Notes under the pieces: model-generated
What the model was told of the DNA's origin: nothing
Database searches by the model: none
What the model saw: the letters and a program-made list of their open reading frames with translations, nothing else
Translations under genes and position numbers: made by a program
Shown here: piece after piece, positions 16,986-31,385 of the stretch
How positions within the stretch are numbered: the stretch's first letter is position 1
Layout of the letters: each line of letters begins with the position of its first letter
Assembly: GCF_009914755.1 (NCBI RefSeq)
Contig: NC_060932.1
DNA: 64,000 nucleotides
DNA from: the human T2T-CHM13v2.0 reference genome, Homo sapiens
Reading direction: 5' to 3' (one strand)

Positions 16986-18369
16986 TAGAATTAGAGCTGT
17001 GTATTAAAGCATGGGTAGCTTTTGGATAGGAAGTCATTCATTTTTCCTCCTTATTAAAGGGTACTCTCAAGATAAAGTATTGGATAAGCCATCTGTGCAT
17101 TGGCACGCATTTCAAAGAAGTCATCTTTTATAGGGTTATATACATTTAAAGCAGTGTCTTTAGTTATGTGTAAAGAAACTCCATACTCTCAGAGGCACTA
17201 CTAAGCAGTGAGTGGAGATTATTTTTGGCCAGAAGGATCTTTCCAGAACTCTTGAAATGGTATTATATATTGGTTATATATTTTATCTACCTACAGGAGT
17301 CATGCTTAACTCCAGTTATATTGGAATAGCTTCTACTTAGGAGAAGTTGGAGGGCTAACTCTTGCCTTTTGTTGAACCAGGATTTTCTTGAAATGCAGTG
17401 ATTTCTCCTTCTGCTAAAGGCTGTGTGTCCCAGGGCCACCTTACGGGATAGTTGGCCAAAGACTTCTTTCCTTCCAAGTGGTCACGGATTTCGACAGGAT
17501 GAAGTGACTTAGGAACTAATATAGTGAGGAGTACATGACTTTGCTCAGAAAAGTGCAAAAATATCTATGTTGTTCCTTCTTTATTGGAGGCAAGAGAAAA
17601 TTGAATTCAATCTACAATTGTACACAATAATATTGGTTTAATGAATAAATGTTCATTTAAAATACTAATTAAAATTATTATTTGATCTGGAAATTTTGTA
17701 TAGAAGTTGCTTACAAAAACTAGAAGATTCTAAAAAGTGAAGTTATATTATAAAATTATACCATAAGCTGAACATTAATTGAACATTCCAATTAACAATT
17801 TCCTTCTATACGTCATACATTCAGATTGAATTTTTGATTCCAGGACATATTAGCAGGTTATATTTGCATCAGTGAGCTTAGACATATAAAGTTGCTCTTT
17901 AAATGACTGAGCTTTTATTCATTCATTCAGGACCAGATATTATAGCAGACATTGCATTTGTAACAGCATTCCATTATGTATTCATTCTTTGTTCTAAGGA
18001 TATCGGAAAATAATGACAACTAAACATCACAGAACACATTGCTGATTCTGCAATAGTTTTATGATATATAGCTATGAAAGAAGGAGAAGATTTCTGCCTA
18101 ACTTGGATAAGCAAAGTTGATCATAAAATTAGCCTCAATCATCAAATGGATGAATATGCTTTTCCCATTTCAGAAAAACCATAGTGTTATGAGATACCTG
18201 ATCCTAGATCCACATTACTGCTCCTGGGAACTGGCAAAAATGGGCTTGCTAAAAAGACAACACACAGAGGAACATCAGTAGATGTCTGGTTCTGCTGCAT
18301 TCTACTTGTTATTTCTGTGAGGCAAATCTTATTTTTCTGGATATGCCCACTGAGTTTCCTAAAAGTCCA

Positions 18370-18660
18370 TAAACCTAGTCATCTTGATTCCTTCTGTTTT
18401 ATCCCCTATACAGTAAGTCAAAAAATCTCTGGTCTATGTTCTCTCATTACCACCGGCCAAGTTCAAGCCCTCATCATTTCTTAGTTAGACTGTGGTAACC
18501 ATTGCCCAAAGTCTCTTTTCAGCCATTCTCAGATTTTCCAAGTTTATCCTTTACCATTTCAAACCCACACATTCACATGCAAAACTACCCTACTACTTAA
18601 AAATCACAAATGGTGCTCTGTCACCTGCAGAATAAAGTTACACTAGTTAATATGTAATTT
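18370..18660 (+). mobile_element. L2 fragment
   Basis: ctagtcatcttgattcc...ttcaagccctcatcatttct...gactgtggtaac L2-like motifs. Confidence 0.55.
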
Positions 18661-18909
18661 TTTTTATAATTCCTTTCCTTTGGGTTCCACAGCTTAAAAT
18701 ATTACCCATATCCCTCTTACTTTCTGTGTTTCAGTTATTAAAAACTGACAACAATTCCCATGATACGATTATGAAATCAAAAAGTTATTCCAAATCCAAA
18801 GATTTATAGGTAAAATTCTGTTTGTCCTTCAGAAAGCAGTGCAGCAATCTAAGTCAAGTAATTGTTGACCTAGGTTCTATACCAAGAACTGTGACAGATA
18901 CAAATGAAA

Positions 18910-19028
18910 TAGAGTGACCATTAGTCCTGGCTTTCCAGGGACACCCCTTGATTATGTCTGATATCTAAAAGTCACTATTAATACCTTCTTTTTACTCTCA
19001 GTTTGGGTGATAGATTAGGTGGTCCCTC
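18910..19028. mobile_element. hAT-Blackjack MITE (MER94/MER81-like)
   Basis: Degenerate TIRs tagagtgacca...tggtccct; internal gtcctggctttccagggaca and tttactctca. Confidence 0.6.
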
Positions 19029-20459
19029 GGCATATGAGGCACAATTCTTGCTGTCATACAGCATTTAAACATATATACAAAAAATGGTTAGAGAGCAATA
19101 CAAGATCCGATATAATCAAGCACTTAATTTTTTGACAGAGCCCAAAGTGTTATGTTATCATTCGGGAGAGAGTTGAAGTCATTAAGAAAGGCTTTAAATG
19201 GGAAGAACCTGAAGGCTGGAGAGACAGAGAGAGGCTTGGTCTTCCAAGTGAGGGAGAAAGATGAAAAAAAAAATCACAGAAGCAGGAATATACATGGCAA
19301 TTTTGTGCCCCACTGAGGAAACCACCTTGAATCAACTGGGGAAAATGGTTTGTTGGGTGAGGTTTGGCCATTTGATGGGGGATTAGGGGGAGTGTGGACT
19401 CTGCTGGACCATAGGAACTGTTGTGGTGTCCAGAGCCCAAGAATGAGGAAACATGGCAACAGTGATGATTTGGAAAACTGACCCAAAAGTGGTGAGTGGG
19501 AGATGGTCACTTGTCCTGTGTGGGAAAGAAAATCTGTGGTACTGAACTCAGGGGCAGCAATTCTCTCTTTATTTACATAGCCTCCTTGAGAGAATTCCAC
19601 TGAAGGGGAAATCCATGTTAGCAAGACTTAGGCTTGGCTCCCACCATTCCATGGGGGCATAGTTACACACATAGGCTGATAGGATTCTTGTCATAGGACG
19701 GAATGAACAGAAAATCATTACCTACAGGAAAATGTTTGGTATCAGATGACATGTCTCTTCTCTGGGCCAAGAAACCTATAGAGTTACTATTATTCGTTTT
19801 TTATTTTTTATGGCAGGAAAAATATAAATGAAAATACAGTGATGTTTTTCTTATGTTCTAATGCCATGTTTCATGATGCAGCCACAGGCGGTCACTCTAT
19901 TTTGCTGCCTTTGCTGCACTTTGCACACTTATCACATGCTGAGGCAAGGTTTCCTTCACATGTCTAGCTCTCCTTCTGGACAGCAAATTCTGTGTGGTCA
20001 GAATCTTATTTTATCTTCAGTGCTTTGCATAATGCACTTCACGAATAAATTAGTGAATAACCAGCTGACGCTGGAATTTCTGCTTTTGATGATTTTGTTT
20101 TCACACAAAGAGGTTGAAAGATTCTCAAAAATCCAGAAAAGAGAACGTACTGTTCTTCTTGAGGCTGAAGCACTGTTGGGAGTTATGAAGCACAGTGGCT
20201 TCACTGAGTAGTGAAGGTTGTTGTGGTTTCATTTATGGATCTGACAATACACAAAATTATTACCTGAAGTCTCCTTTCTCAGCTAAGAAGGCCCCATGAT
20301 ATTCCCTGTTTGGATATTAACATATTTTATTGTTCTGCCCTCGGCAGTTTCTCCTATGACTTAAATCAAGTCAATAAATACTAAAGTATAGGTACAGAAT
20401 CTGTCCTTCATTGCACTTTCTTGATGTTTTTCATTGTGAATTATGTCAGTAAGGCTTCA

Positions 20460-20712
20460 AACAGCCATACTAGAAACATGAATAGGCTTTGGAGTCAGGT
20501 AGACCTCGTTTAAATTATTCTATCTCACTTACTAACAAGCTATGTAACCATTCACAAGTTACTTCTCCTCTCCAAGCCTCCATTTCCATCTGTAAGTTGG
20601 GAATAATAATAGAACATACCTCATAGAGTCATGATTATTAAATGAGATTTGCATTTAAAAGACCATGGCACAGTGCCTGGCACATGGTAAACCCTTGATT
20701 AATGTTAGCTTT
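20460..20712 (+). mobile_element. MIR SINE, near full length
   Basis: ggctttggagtcag...caagttactt...catctgtaa...acctcatag...cacagtgcctggcacatggtaa...aatgttagc. Confidence 0.85.
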
Positions 20713-23228
20713 ATTAATATTATATGTGAAAATAGGCTGTTCCCAGAAAACGAAATAGGTCAGTTGTCTTAGAATTAGCAGTTTGATACATTGCAGTGGA
20801 AATGAAGGAAACCATTTCAACAAAAACATACCTTAAGGAAGATGAATGCAAGCCCCAAAGTGAGGGAAATAGGAAAACTAAGATATATTATTATTTTTCT
20901 AAAACATTAATTCATAGCCATTCTTCTTTCCATCCTGGCTTCCAATATTGCATAGAGGAGGGATATACTGCCTCTTAAAAGGGAATTAAAACTTCTTTGT
21001 CCAAGCTGGCAAATGTGGGCAAATCCTCTTGTATCTGATGATGGCTAGATGAACATAGCAGGTGTCTGGCTTAATATAATTGAGAAAAGCGGGAAATATG
21101 AATATTCAATACTCACTGAAAATGATGGGCTTGGCAGGGGTAGACCTAAATGGCTGAAGCCAAATGTGAAGTTCATGTGTTCCATTGGTCCTTTTTACTT
21201 CTCTGGCAGGACTGGAAAGTAATGTAGATATGAACAATTTTCTAGGAAATTCAAAAGGTAGAGAGGTACAGTAGGTCATTTAGGCCAAGAGATCTATTTT
21301 ATATTTGCCTCTTTAACTTAATCTTAGGATCTAAGAATCAGCTCTGGATTGAGCTTTGAGGTCCACTGAGAGGAAAGGCATCCATCCTGCCATCAGCTGA
21401 AGGATATGGACCATAAATTGGGAAGTGTTGTTGAAAGACATGCTTGCCTAGGACATTTCTAAGAAGTTACATCTTGATCCAAACACTGGGGTCTTGGATA
21501 AAAATGGAGATTTGTGTGCCAGACCTAAATTCAACAGACTTGTTCATATGCCATTCCACACTCATGCCATTCTCTTCTCAGCCCTTTACAGAGAGAATAC
21601 TTTTCTGCAATGTACTGCTTTTGCTAGAGCTTTTTCAATATGTACCTCTATTTCTTGTACATTCTAGTGATTCTACTAATAAAATATTAGAGGAACAAGC
21701 ATTAAAGTCTAATTATTAAAGTTAAAAATTATTAAACTAGCACATTCATTCATTCCTCTACTTTGATCCACAGGCATTTTGAGTAGTTAACAATCAGAAT
21801 ATATTTTATCTTTTTCTACAGAAGTTATTGGTAAAGAATATTTGCTTTTAACTTGTAAGGCATTTCCAAAATATCACTGTTGGATTTTGTCAAGCTCTTG
21901 AGGGATGAAATTCCTAGGAGTACTTCTTCCTTTCCCCCACAACAGGAGTTTGGGAAGTGTCCTGTACCCTCATCAATTTTTAGTGTAACTTTCTAATCAT
22001 ACTTGGACATAAGAATGACATTTCTTGGACTCTAAAGAAACAAATATGGCTGTGGTTTCTAATGGTGATTGTTATGGATAGAGTGAGTTAGTTGCTACTG
22101 ACCTAAGTATACTCTTTGCATACACATTGAGACTTATTTTGGTTAATATGTTCTTACAAACTATATAATTAAATGCTGAAGACTATGATTTATTGAATGC
22201 AATTACCCAATTAATGTATTTGCTTTCTATTTTTAGCTTCTCATATGCAGCATACTGGTGGAAGAACAGCTCACCTGGTGCCAAAGACAACAGTGGACTT
22301 GGCAGAGCTTGCTGCCTTGACAGTGTATCAATAGCAGAGCTGATCTGGCACCTGCCAGTTGGGTTTATTTCAGCAAACCCACTTTAAAAATTTTATTAGC
22401 AAATAATGAATAAATAGGTTTGGAGCCTTTCTCCCCTTCTTGCTATCTTATTTTGTATAATCAGGATTGTGTGGAAAATTTTCCTGCCCTTCTGATCTTG
22501 CATTAGTGTTTTCAAAGTAATCAATCAATAAATCCTCACAATGGACTCAAGCTGAACTAGGATTACAGGCCAAACTTAGAGTGTTATGGACGTATTTTGA
22601 AAAGTTAAGTAGGAAGCCAACAAACTTAAGCATAAAAATCTTGCTTATGAGGACTTACTTAATATATGATTAGTTCAAACTGAAGCAACTTGGCCATGGA
22701 AAAATGGTGGCACATGTGTAACTCAAGGACTATTAACCTGATGAATTGTTTTTGAATGGAGTTGTACATATACTCAGTGTCCTGAATATATGTATTGTCC
22801 TGGTACATAGAAGCAATCAAGTAGAGTGCATACAGCCACAGAGGCTTAGGGTCTTTATAAGGCCACATCAGGACAGGCATCTTGTTTGATAACAAAATAA
22901 TGCCCCAGCTTGAGGCAGAGTTAGAGGTCACACACCTTGTTTATTGTAAAAAACCAAAAACAAAAAACCAAAAACAAGCACACATTGTTTATTATGTGCA
23001 GCTGACAGGAAAGAAATATCTCTTCCCATGTAAGAAGCATTTCAGATGCCAATACTCTATTACTAGACTCATGATATTAGAAACCACAATGTTACAGTGG
23101 TGAGAGAGACCACTATTTCTAAATCAATCTTCATTCATTAAAGCTGTATAGTTTTGGTAGGGATAGAATTGAGATAGGGATGCTATAAAAAAGCAGATTA
23201 TAATCCAGAATCTTCTTACATTCTCTGA

Positions 23229-23370
23229 TAACAATCATGTTAGGACACCAAACAAAGGATCTTTCGATTGATTAATTTGACAGTGGGAAATATGTATGTT
23301 AACAATCATGTTAGGACACCAAATGAAGTATCTTTTGATTGCTTAATTTGACAGTGGGAAATATGTAAAT
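23229..23370 (+). repeat. 71-bp tandem duplication (2 copies, ~90% identical)
   Basis: taacaatcatgttaggacaccaaa...ttaatttgacagtgggaaatatgta starting at 23229 and 23300. Confidence 0.95.
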
Positions 23371-23384
23371 AACCATTGTTTGTA

Positions 23385-23600
23385 TGCATCCTTTATCTCA
23401 TTCAATTATTGTTGTCATTGTGTATTATTAATACCTGCCAATTCTAGGTATTAATATTAGCTCCATTTTGTAGATTGAGACATGAGGCTTAGGAAGATTA
23501 GATGACTTGGGGCAAGTCACCAAGCTACTGCTAGGTGGTGGTGCTGAATTTGAACTTTTTTCACTGAGCTGGTATGCTGTTTTCACTATACAACTCTACC
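23385..23600 (-). mobile_element. MIR SINE
   Basis: ccattttgtagattgagacatgaggcttagg...gacttgg...gtcacaagcta...tttgaac. Confidence 0.7.
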
Positions 23601-24655
23601 TCTCTTCGTAATTACTATTGTCTGACAGCCCCATAAAAGTTTGTAAAAAAAATTACACCATTGTTGATAAATAGGCACATGCCTTGAATTGGTCCTGCTA
23701 ATGTTCTCCGTGTAGAAACCTCATATTCATTTAGAGCTCCCCAGGTATCCTAGTATATCAAGATGGTTCTGGAAAGGGAATATAGCTCATCATCTAAGCT
23801 TCTCTGTTATTATTTCAATCACCATGCTTTCTGGATTCTTGAGACCATTTTCAACACTCCCCAAAGCATTTTTCTTTATACATACTAGTCCTAACCAGGG
23901 CATTTTAGATAAATGACCTAGTATACATGTCCATTTGATCAGCTCTGTAACGTTTTCTAAAATTCCTTCTACTTAGTATGCATTTTCTCATCAGCTCCTC
24001 TAACAGGGCCATCTATCATTTACTTCACTTATTCAAGAGGCCCTCTTAGGGAGAACAAATATTTTGCTGCAAGAAGATTTCTCTATCTCCTTACCAATGC
24101 AGGGAGCCATATGTTATATTGTAAGTGGAAAGAAAAGTTAGATTGTATCCAATCCATTTTGCTTCTCAAAAGGCTACTGCATCAAATTAAAAAAAATATG
24201 TGTTTTATTCTATTTTCTCTTTCTCCTTTCTCCCAATCCTCTTTTCTTTCATTTGCTCACTTGTGCAATCTCTTTCTCTGATCCAGAAGAAGATCCATGG
24301 TGGCTTAAAATGGTTCACAAAATATAGCAAAGTGACATAATTAGAAATGAGTGAGGAATAAAAGAATATTAATCATAGAAAGAAAAATACTCTGAATTTA
24401 ATACTTCAGAGAAGAAGGCTAGGATCAAGTAACTTGCTTGATAAACAGTAAATATACAAACAATACTAGCTATGATTTCATCATGATTATTTTTAGATGA
24501 ATACAGAATATTGATATTGAAAAGGTCTCTCAGAAAGTTTAACGTCAAAATACATATGCACTTTCATCATTATACATATCGTATTGTGTTTATTCTCTAA
24601 CTTCTCCTTACTAACTGTAAGCTGTGGTTGGGTAGGACTTTGACTGACTTAGGAG

Positions 24656-25062
24656 TGCAGCAGATAGTGCTGATGTTCTATCCATATCTCAGGGGACTTA
24701 CTACTTCAGGGTACACCAGCAGATCTCAGTCTCTTTGCCTAAGAACTTTCTTTAAGCTATGGAAAGCCACTTTGCTCATGCAGGAAAATTAACACCATTC
24801 ATATCCTCCAGAATCCCTTAACCAAAAAGAATTAGTTGGTGTATAAATATCTCAACTCCCTCACTCCTCGGGCAATATAACTCTATGATGCATGTTTCCC
24901 AGAGCCTCCCTATGGAACTAAATCCCAATCATCCACCATGGTAGCTGGCTTACTTTTATTGTCTGCCTTCTCTTTTCATTTTCCCACTTCTCAACCAAAT
25001 AAACCACTAGAACATGGACCTTTGTTTTAGGATCTGCTTTTGGGGGAACCCAAATTAAGATA
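24656..25062 (+). mobile_element. ERVL solo LTR (LTR16-like)
   Basis: tgcagcagatagtg start; aataaaccact...ggatctgctttttgggggaacccaaattaaga end typical of LTR16/LTR33. Confidence 0.65.
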
Positions 25063-25184
25063 ATAATTATATCCCCAGAGCCTACTTCAGGATCTAACAC
25101 AAATTGATTAATTGATTGATATAATTGAAGACAAGTATATGCTTTCAATTATAAATTTATATTTGTTGCTATCCCCTACAATTT

Positions 25185-25535
25185 TTTGTTTGTAATTTTT
25201 TTACTTGTTATGTATTTAGGGGTCAAGGTGCAGTTGTATTACATGGATATATTGCACAGTGATGAAATCTGGGCTTTTAGTGTACCCATCACTTCAATAG
25301 TGTATATTGTACCCAATAGGCAGTATGCCATTCCTCACCCCCCTCCCACCCTCCTACATTTTGGAGTCTCGAATGTCTATTATTCCATTCCATATGTCTA
25401 TGCGTATCCATTGTTTAGCTCTCACTTACAAATGAGAATATGTGGTTTTTGACTTTCTGTTTCTCAGTCATTTTACTAACGATAATGGCCTCCAGCTCCA
25501 TCCATGTTGCTGCAAAACACATGCTTTCATTCTTA
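25185..25535 (-). mobile_element. L1PB 3'-end fragment
   Basis: ttacatggatatattgcacagtgatgaaatctgggcttttagtgtacccatcac...ataatggcctccagctccatccatgttgctgcaaaa. Confidence 0.85.
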
Positions 25536-26009
25536 TCATTAAAAAGATTTTGTAATGCAAAGAATTAGTGTATTGAATCCGAAGGTAAATTTCAAATTTT
25601 AACTTCTCAGGGAGAAGAGAACTAACATGATGGTCAGTCTGGAGGCTCAAGTGAGGAAGTAGCCACACTCCAGACTCTGAAGCAGAACGTGCTCCACGTT
25701 CATTCCACTTGCTGGCTTCACAGTGATCAAGGAGTCAAGAAGGACCAGCATCTTGTAGCCCTTCTCCATCACTGGGTTAAAGAGAGAGGAATGAAAACCA
25801 TTTTTCCCCCAGAAGTTTGGGTTTCTTTTCAGCATTCTAATTACCTTATTCATTTTTTGGAAAGACACATAATATGGAATGCTTCCATCAATCACGCACT
25901 CTGCAGTCCTAATCAGGGTTTTTGCTTCCTCCTCCCCCGAAGAGCTGTGGTAAATAGATCAACAGTGTGGAAAATTTTAGTTTCCCGTCACCTCTCCCTG
26001 TATCTTAGA

Positions 26010-26298
26010 GCTTAGAGCAAACCTCAGCAACCCGCTGCCTGGTTCCTTGCTCTGGTGCTGCATATAGCTGTTTTAGGTTCTCAGTGATACCAGATTCACC
26101 AAAATACAGTTTTCTGGCTTATTTTAAAAATAATCAGAAGATTTAGTAACTCTGATCCTACAACCCTGTGTGGCAATAGTTGGCTGGAACTGCATCACTA
26201 CTGTCCTGCTGAGATGGGACTCTTAATTTGCATTTGCCAAACCTGCCTGCTTCTCTTATTTCTGTCAGCTGCTTGTCATTTGAGTTTGAGATCCCTGG
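26010..26298. mobile_element. hAT-Charlie MITE (MER102-like)
   Basis: ccagattc...tttctggct...aatcagaagat...tggctggaactg...tttgagtttgagatccctg terminus. Confidence 0.5.
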
Positions 26299-26949
26299 TA
26301 ACTCCTTAGAGCTATCTTGTTCTGTTGTGTGTCCTTTGTGCTGGAGGCAACTGGAGGAAAGTCTGGCAGCTCCTCCCTACTGCCTTCCCTCTCTAATGAA
26401 GATCACTCTCTGTTGTTATACCTTATCTAGACTCATAGAGGCCCATGCCCATACTTAGACAGAGCTTCTTTGTAAAAAGGAAGGAACTGTAGGAGTCAGC
26501 TAAAAGTTAGACTGGGTGACATGGATATGAGACCTTTAGAAGACAGGACACACTCTTTATAGAATGACACTGCAGTTTGAATGCCACTCCCATGCTGGCC
26601 TGTGTGGAACACAAAACACTCTTTCAGAACTGACAAGCTCTCTGCTATCTTGCTTCATAAAAGCACCAGGGCCAGGCCAATTACATCTTTTGAAGGCAAA
26701 GCCAGCTGTCTCTAAGTCCCCCCAGGGCACGACTTCTTAGCCAAACCACAGGGTCAATGAATTTTTTGGAGCTGCCTTCTAAATACCTCGTTCTCTCTTT
26801 ATTTTAATGAATCAAGTTTACCTTCTATATTATAATTTTCTGATACTCTGAAATATTATTTTAGCTCCCTCTTCGACTTAGTGCAAAACCATGCCCTTCT
26901 ACAATCTAGAAACCCAAGTTTTCACCAGTGTTACTGGCCCATTTGGTTC

Positions 26950-28485
<1,536 letters not shown>

Positions 28486-30213
28486 CCATGAGCATAAGCA
28501 CTAAATGATCTTCACTTGGTTTAATTTCAAAATAAGATCCAACTTCTAAATCATAATTTTCACTGAAATATACTCAATCAAACCATTCGTTTCTGTACTT
28601 GCTGTCATATTATGATATAAAGCTATTTACTCACCTTCAATCTTAGTGTTTGGCACATAATGGAATCTGCATTTGTATTTCTTAGAAGAATGAAAATTTT
28701 TGAATTACAGAAATTATTTGGTTCTAGTACTCAGATTTTGATATAAATTATGAATGCACATATTTATGGGCCAGAGCAAGCAAATCTACAAGTGTTATTG
28801 TTTTGCACAAGAAAAAAATGAAAATAGGATGCATTATAAATATCTAAAAATGGGATATTGTTGTACCAGTAGTGTATTCATCCCTCATGCCCTGGGTGAC
28901 GTTGTATACTTTTGCCAAATAGAGAAATAAAGCTCTGGAAACTTTTGTGTAATTATAAACAAAAGCAGAATGAGTTCTCTGGCCCAGAACAAATACAAAT
29001 TAATGATTTACAGTATGAAATGTATGACTTTTGTTGCTAAAGATGGTGGTGAGTACAAAACTTTCAGCTTGCCACAGTTACATTTATCATGGCAAAATCA
29101 GAAAGAAAAGATACCATTTCTGAGAAAACTTTGAAACTTGGCACAAAGTTAATGTCAACTTTTATGCTTGGGGAGAAAGCAGGTGAGTGATTGGTAAAAT
29201 CCCTTTATCAAATGACACAGTTATAGATTGCATAATATCTATGGCATACAATCTGGAAAAATCATGTGTGGGCCAGCAGAGGCAGTTGCATGGTTGTGCT
29301 AGTGTGTAGAATATGAATCATTCCTGAATATATGAGGGAGAAGTGCCTGACCACTTTATGTCTGTTCATCGCTAAATGCTTCTGTCGTTCTCCAGGTTTT
29401 CTAAGTTAATGAACATTTTGTGACCCATGTTACAGCTTGGACAGGTGTGGAGAGAGATCAGCAGTAATGGGGCATCCACTACATCAGGGGAGGGGTTGAT
29501 AAGACGAGTATGTTCTACCTCAATATTTATCCACTTTATTTTCAGAGAATTGTTGGTGATCAACAATATACCTCTTTTTTAATTCATTTTTGAAAGAAAT
29601 AGTGAAAATCAAGATTATGATCAAATCATGGCTGAGTGTATAGCTTTTTTAGTGTTTGGTGCCAAAAATGCAACATGAATATACATCTCTGCTTTTTTTT
29701 TTTTTTTTTTTTACACTGAAGTGTGCTGGCTTTTGAGGATAAAGGTGCTCACATTATTATTTTTTTAAAGTGAAGGAAAATTTTTCTTTATGGCTAATTC
29801 CAGTAAAGACTATTTCCATGATTTCAAATGCTTTCTACAAGTGGCACATCTTAATGATATTTAGAAGATATTGAGCCTATCACTTCAATTTCAAATATTT
29901 CTCAATATTAAAAGAACCAGAAGATGGTTTAATTACCATGAGTTTGAAGTTTCCCAACACCTGACAATTATCGTTACTCAGAAGAGACAGGTTGATTACA
30001 TATTTTAGGGATATTTAAAAACCAGACATAAATGTTGTTCCATACCTGAAAGAAATAATTCCTTATTTCTTCAGAAAGAAGAAATAAATGCAAAAATAAA
30101 ATAAAGGAATGGAGTAGAAATCCAGAAATCCAAGATGCTGTATCTTTTGTTGACACATTTCAGGTTTCAGATATGATTCATTAGCTTAGTGTTTGATAGA
30201 GCGATGGCAGTAG

Positions 30214-30570
30214 TTGTATAAGTTAGGAAAGTTTCTTGCTGTAAGTAACAACAAAAATAAACCAGTGATACCATATCAAATGTATGAAGTCTTATATTTC
30301 GCACATAGTGAGCTGTGTAGACAAATGTCAATTCTGGCACTCTTTAAGGAGATCCATGATACAGTCTCTGTACTTTCTTGCACCCTTTCTTCATGGTCAC
30401 AAGATGAGTGCAACAGCTCCAGTCATCATACCTGCGTTCCAACAACAAAAGAATAAAGAAGACTCACGTCTTAATCAAAAGAGCAAAAGCTTTTGCAAGA
30501 ACCCCAAAGAAGACTTCCACTGTTAATTCATTGTTATATGACTGACTACTCTTGGCTGAGAGTAGCTAGG
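30214..30570 (-). mobile_element. Old MLT1-type LTR
   Basis: tgtataagttagg...gctgtaagtaacaa start; tcatggtcacaagatg...cagctccag...agacttcc motifs. Confidence 0.55.
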
Positions 30571-30894
30571 CAAGCTCTTTTTGGAAGAGGGCAGGAGAAA
30601 CATTCAAATATTATCTCTTAGTCTTTCATATCGGGCTAGCCAGTTTCTCTATAGAAGAATCTTTCCATCTTCTATCTGGGTGGTGTAAGCCTGGCTGCCA
30701 ACATGGTGTTCTCAGACTGAGTTGGAAAAGGGGACAGTGGAATTATTTAGTTTGAATGGGTATCTCACTTTCACCTTTCTCTATAGTTCAGCTAGAGATG
30801 AATTGTTACCATGGAAATATTTCTTCAGATATCATAGAAGTCAATATCACAGCCAGAACCAGAAAATATACTTTTATAAAACATCCTTCTTTCT

Positions 30895-31385
30895 TTTATT
30901 CATTTATTTAGACAAACAACAAAAATTATCTATATTTATCATGCCTAACATGTTGTTTTGAAATATGTATACGTTGTGGAAAGGACAAATTGAGCTAATT
31001 AATATGTATACATTACATTACACACTTTTTTTTTGGTGAGGAGATTTAAAATCTACTCTCTTCACACTTTTCTAGGATACAATATATTAACTATAGTTAC
31101 CATGATTTACAATAGATCGCTTGAACTTATTCCTCCTGTCTAACTGAAACTTTGACCAACATGTCCCTGGTCCCTAGTAACCATCATTCTGCTCCCTACT
31201 TCTGAGTTGAACTTTTTCAGAGTCCACAGATAGGTGAGACATTGCAGTATTTGTCTTTCTGTGCCTGTTTTTTTTCACCTGAACATAATGTCCTCCAGGA
31301 TCACATGTTGTCATAAATGACAATGCGTGAAGGATTTCCTTCCTTTGGCTGAACAGTTAGTATTCCATTGTGTATACATACACAT
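30895..31385 (-). mobile_element. L1MA 3'-end fragment
   Basis: ttttgaaatatgtatacgttgtggaa...ttaaaatctactctc...caatagatcgcttgaacttattcctcctgtctaactgaaac. Confidence 0.85.

Noticed and set aside
15287-22931. Scattered 60-116 aa ORFs in unique DNA
   Set aside because: No recognisable domains, many with non-ATG starts, and lengths compatible with chance.
23229-23370. Direct repeats here and at 37540-37615 as CRISPR-like arrays
   Set aside because: Only two abutting copies with no unique spacers and no cas genes, in a eukaryotic context.
28620-28695. Minus-strand micro-exon with a consensus donor (gaag|gtgagt)
   Set aside because: Overlaps what looks like an L2 3'-end remnant; 46 nt with no supporting context.
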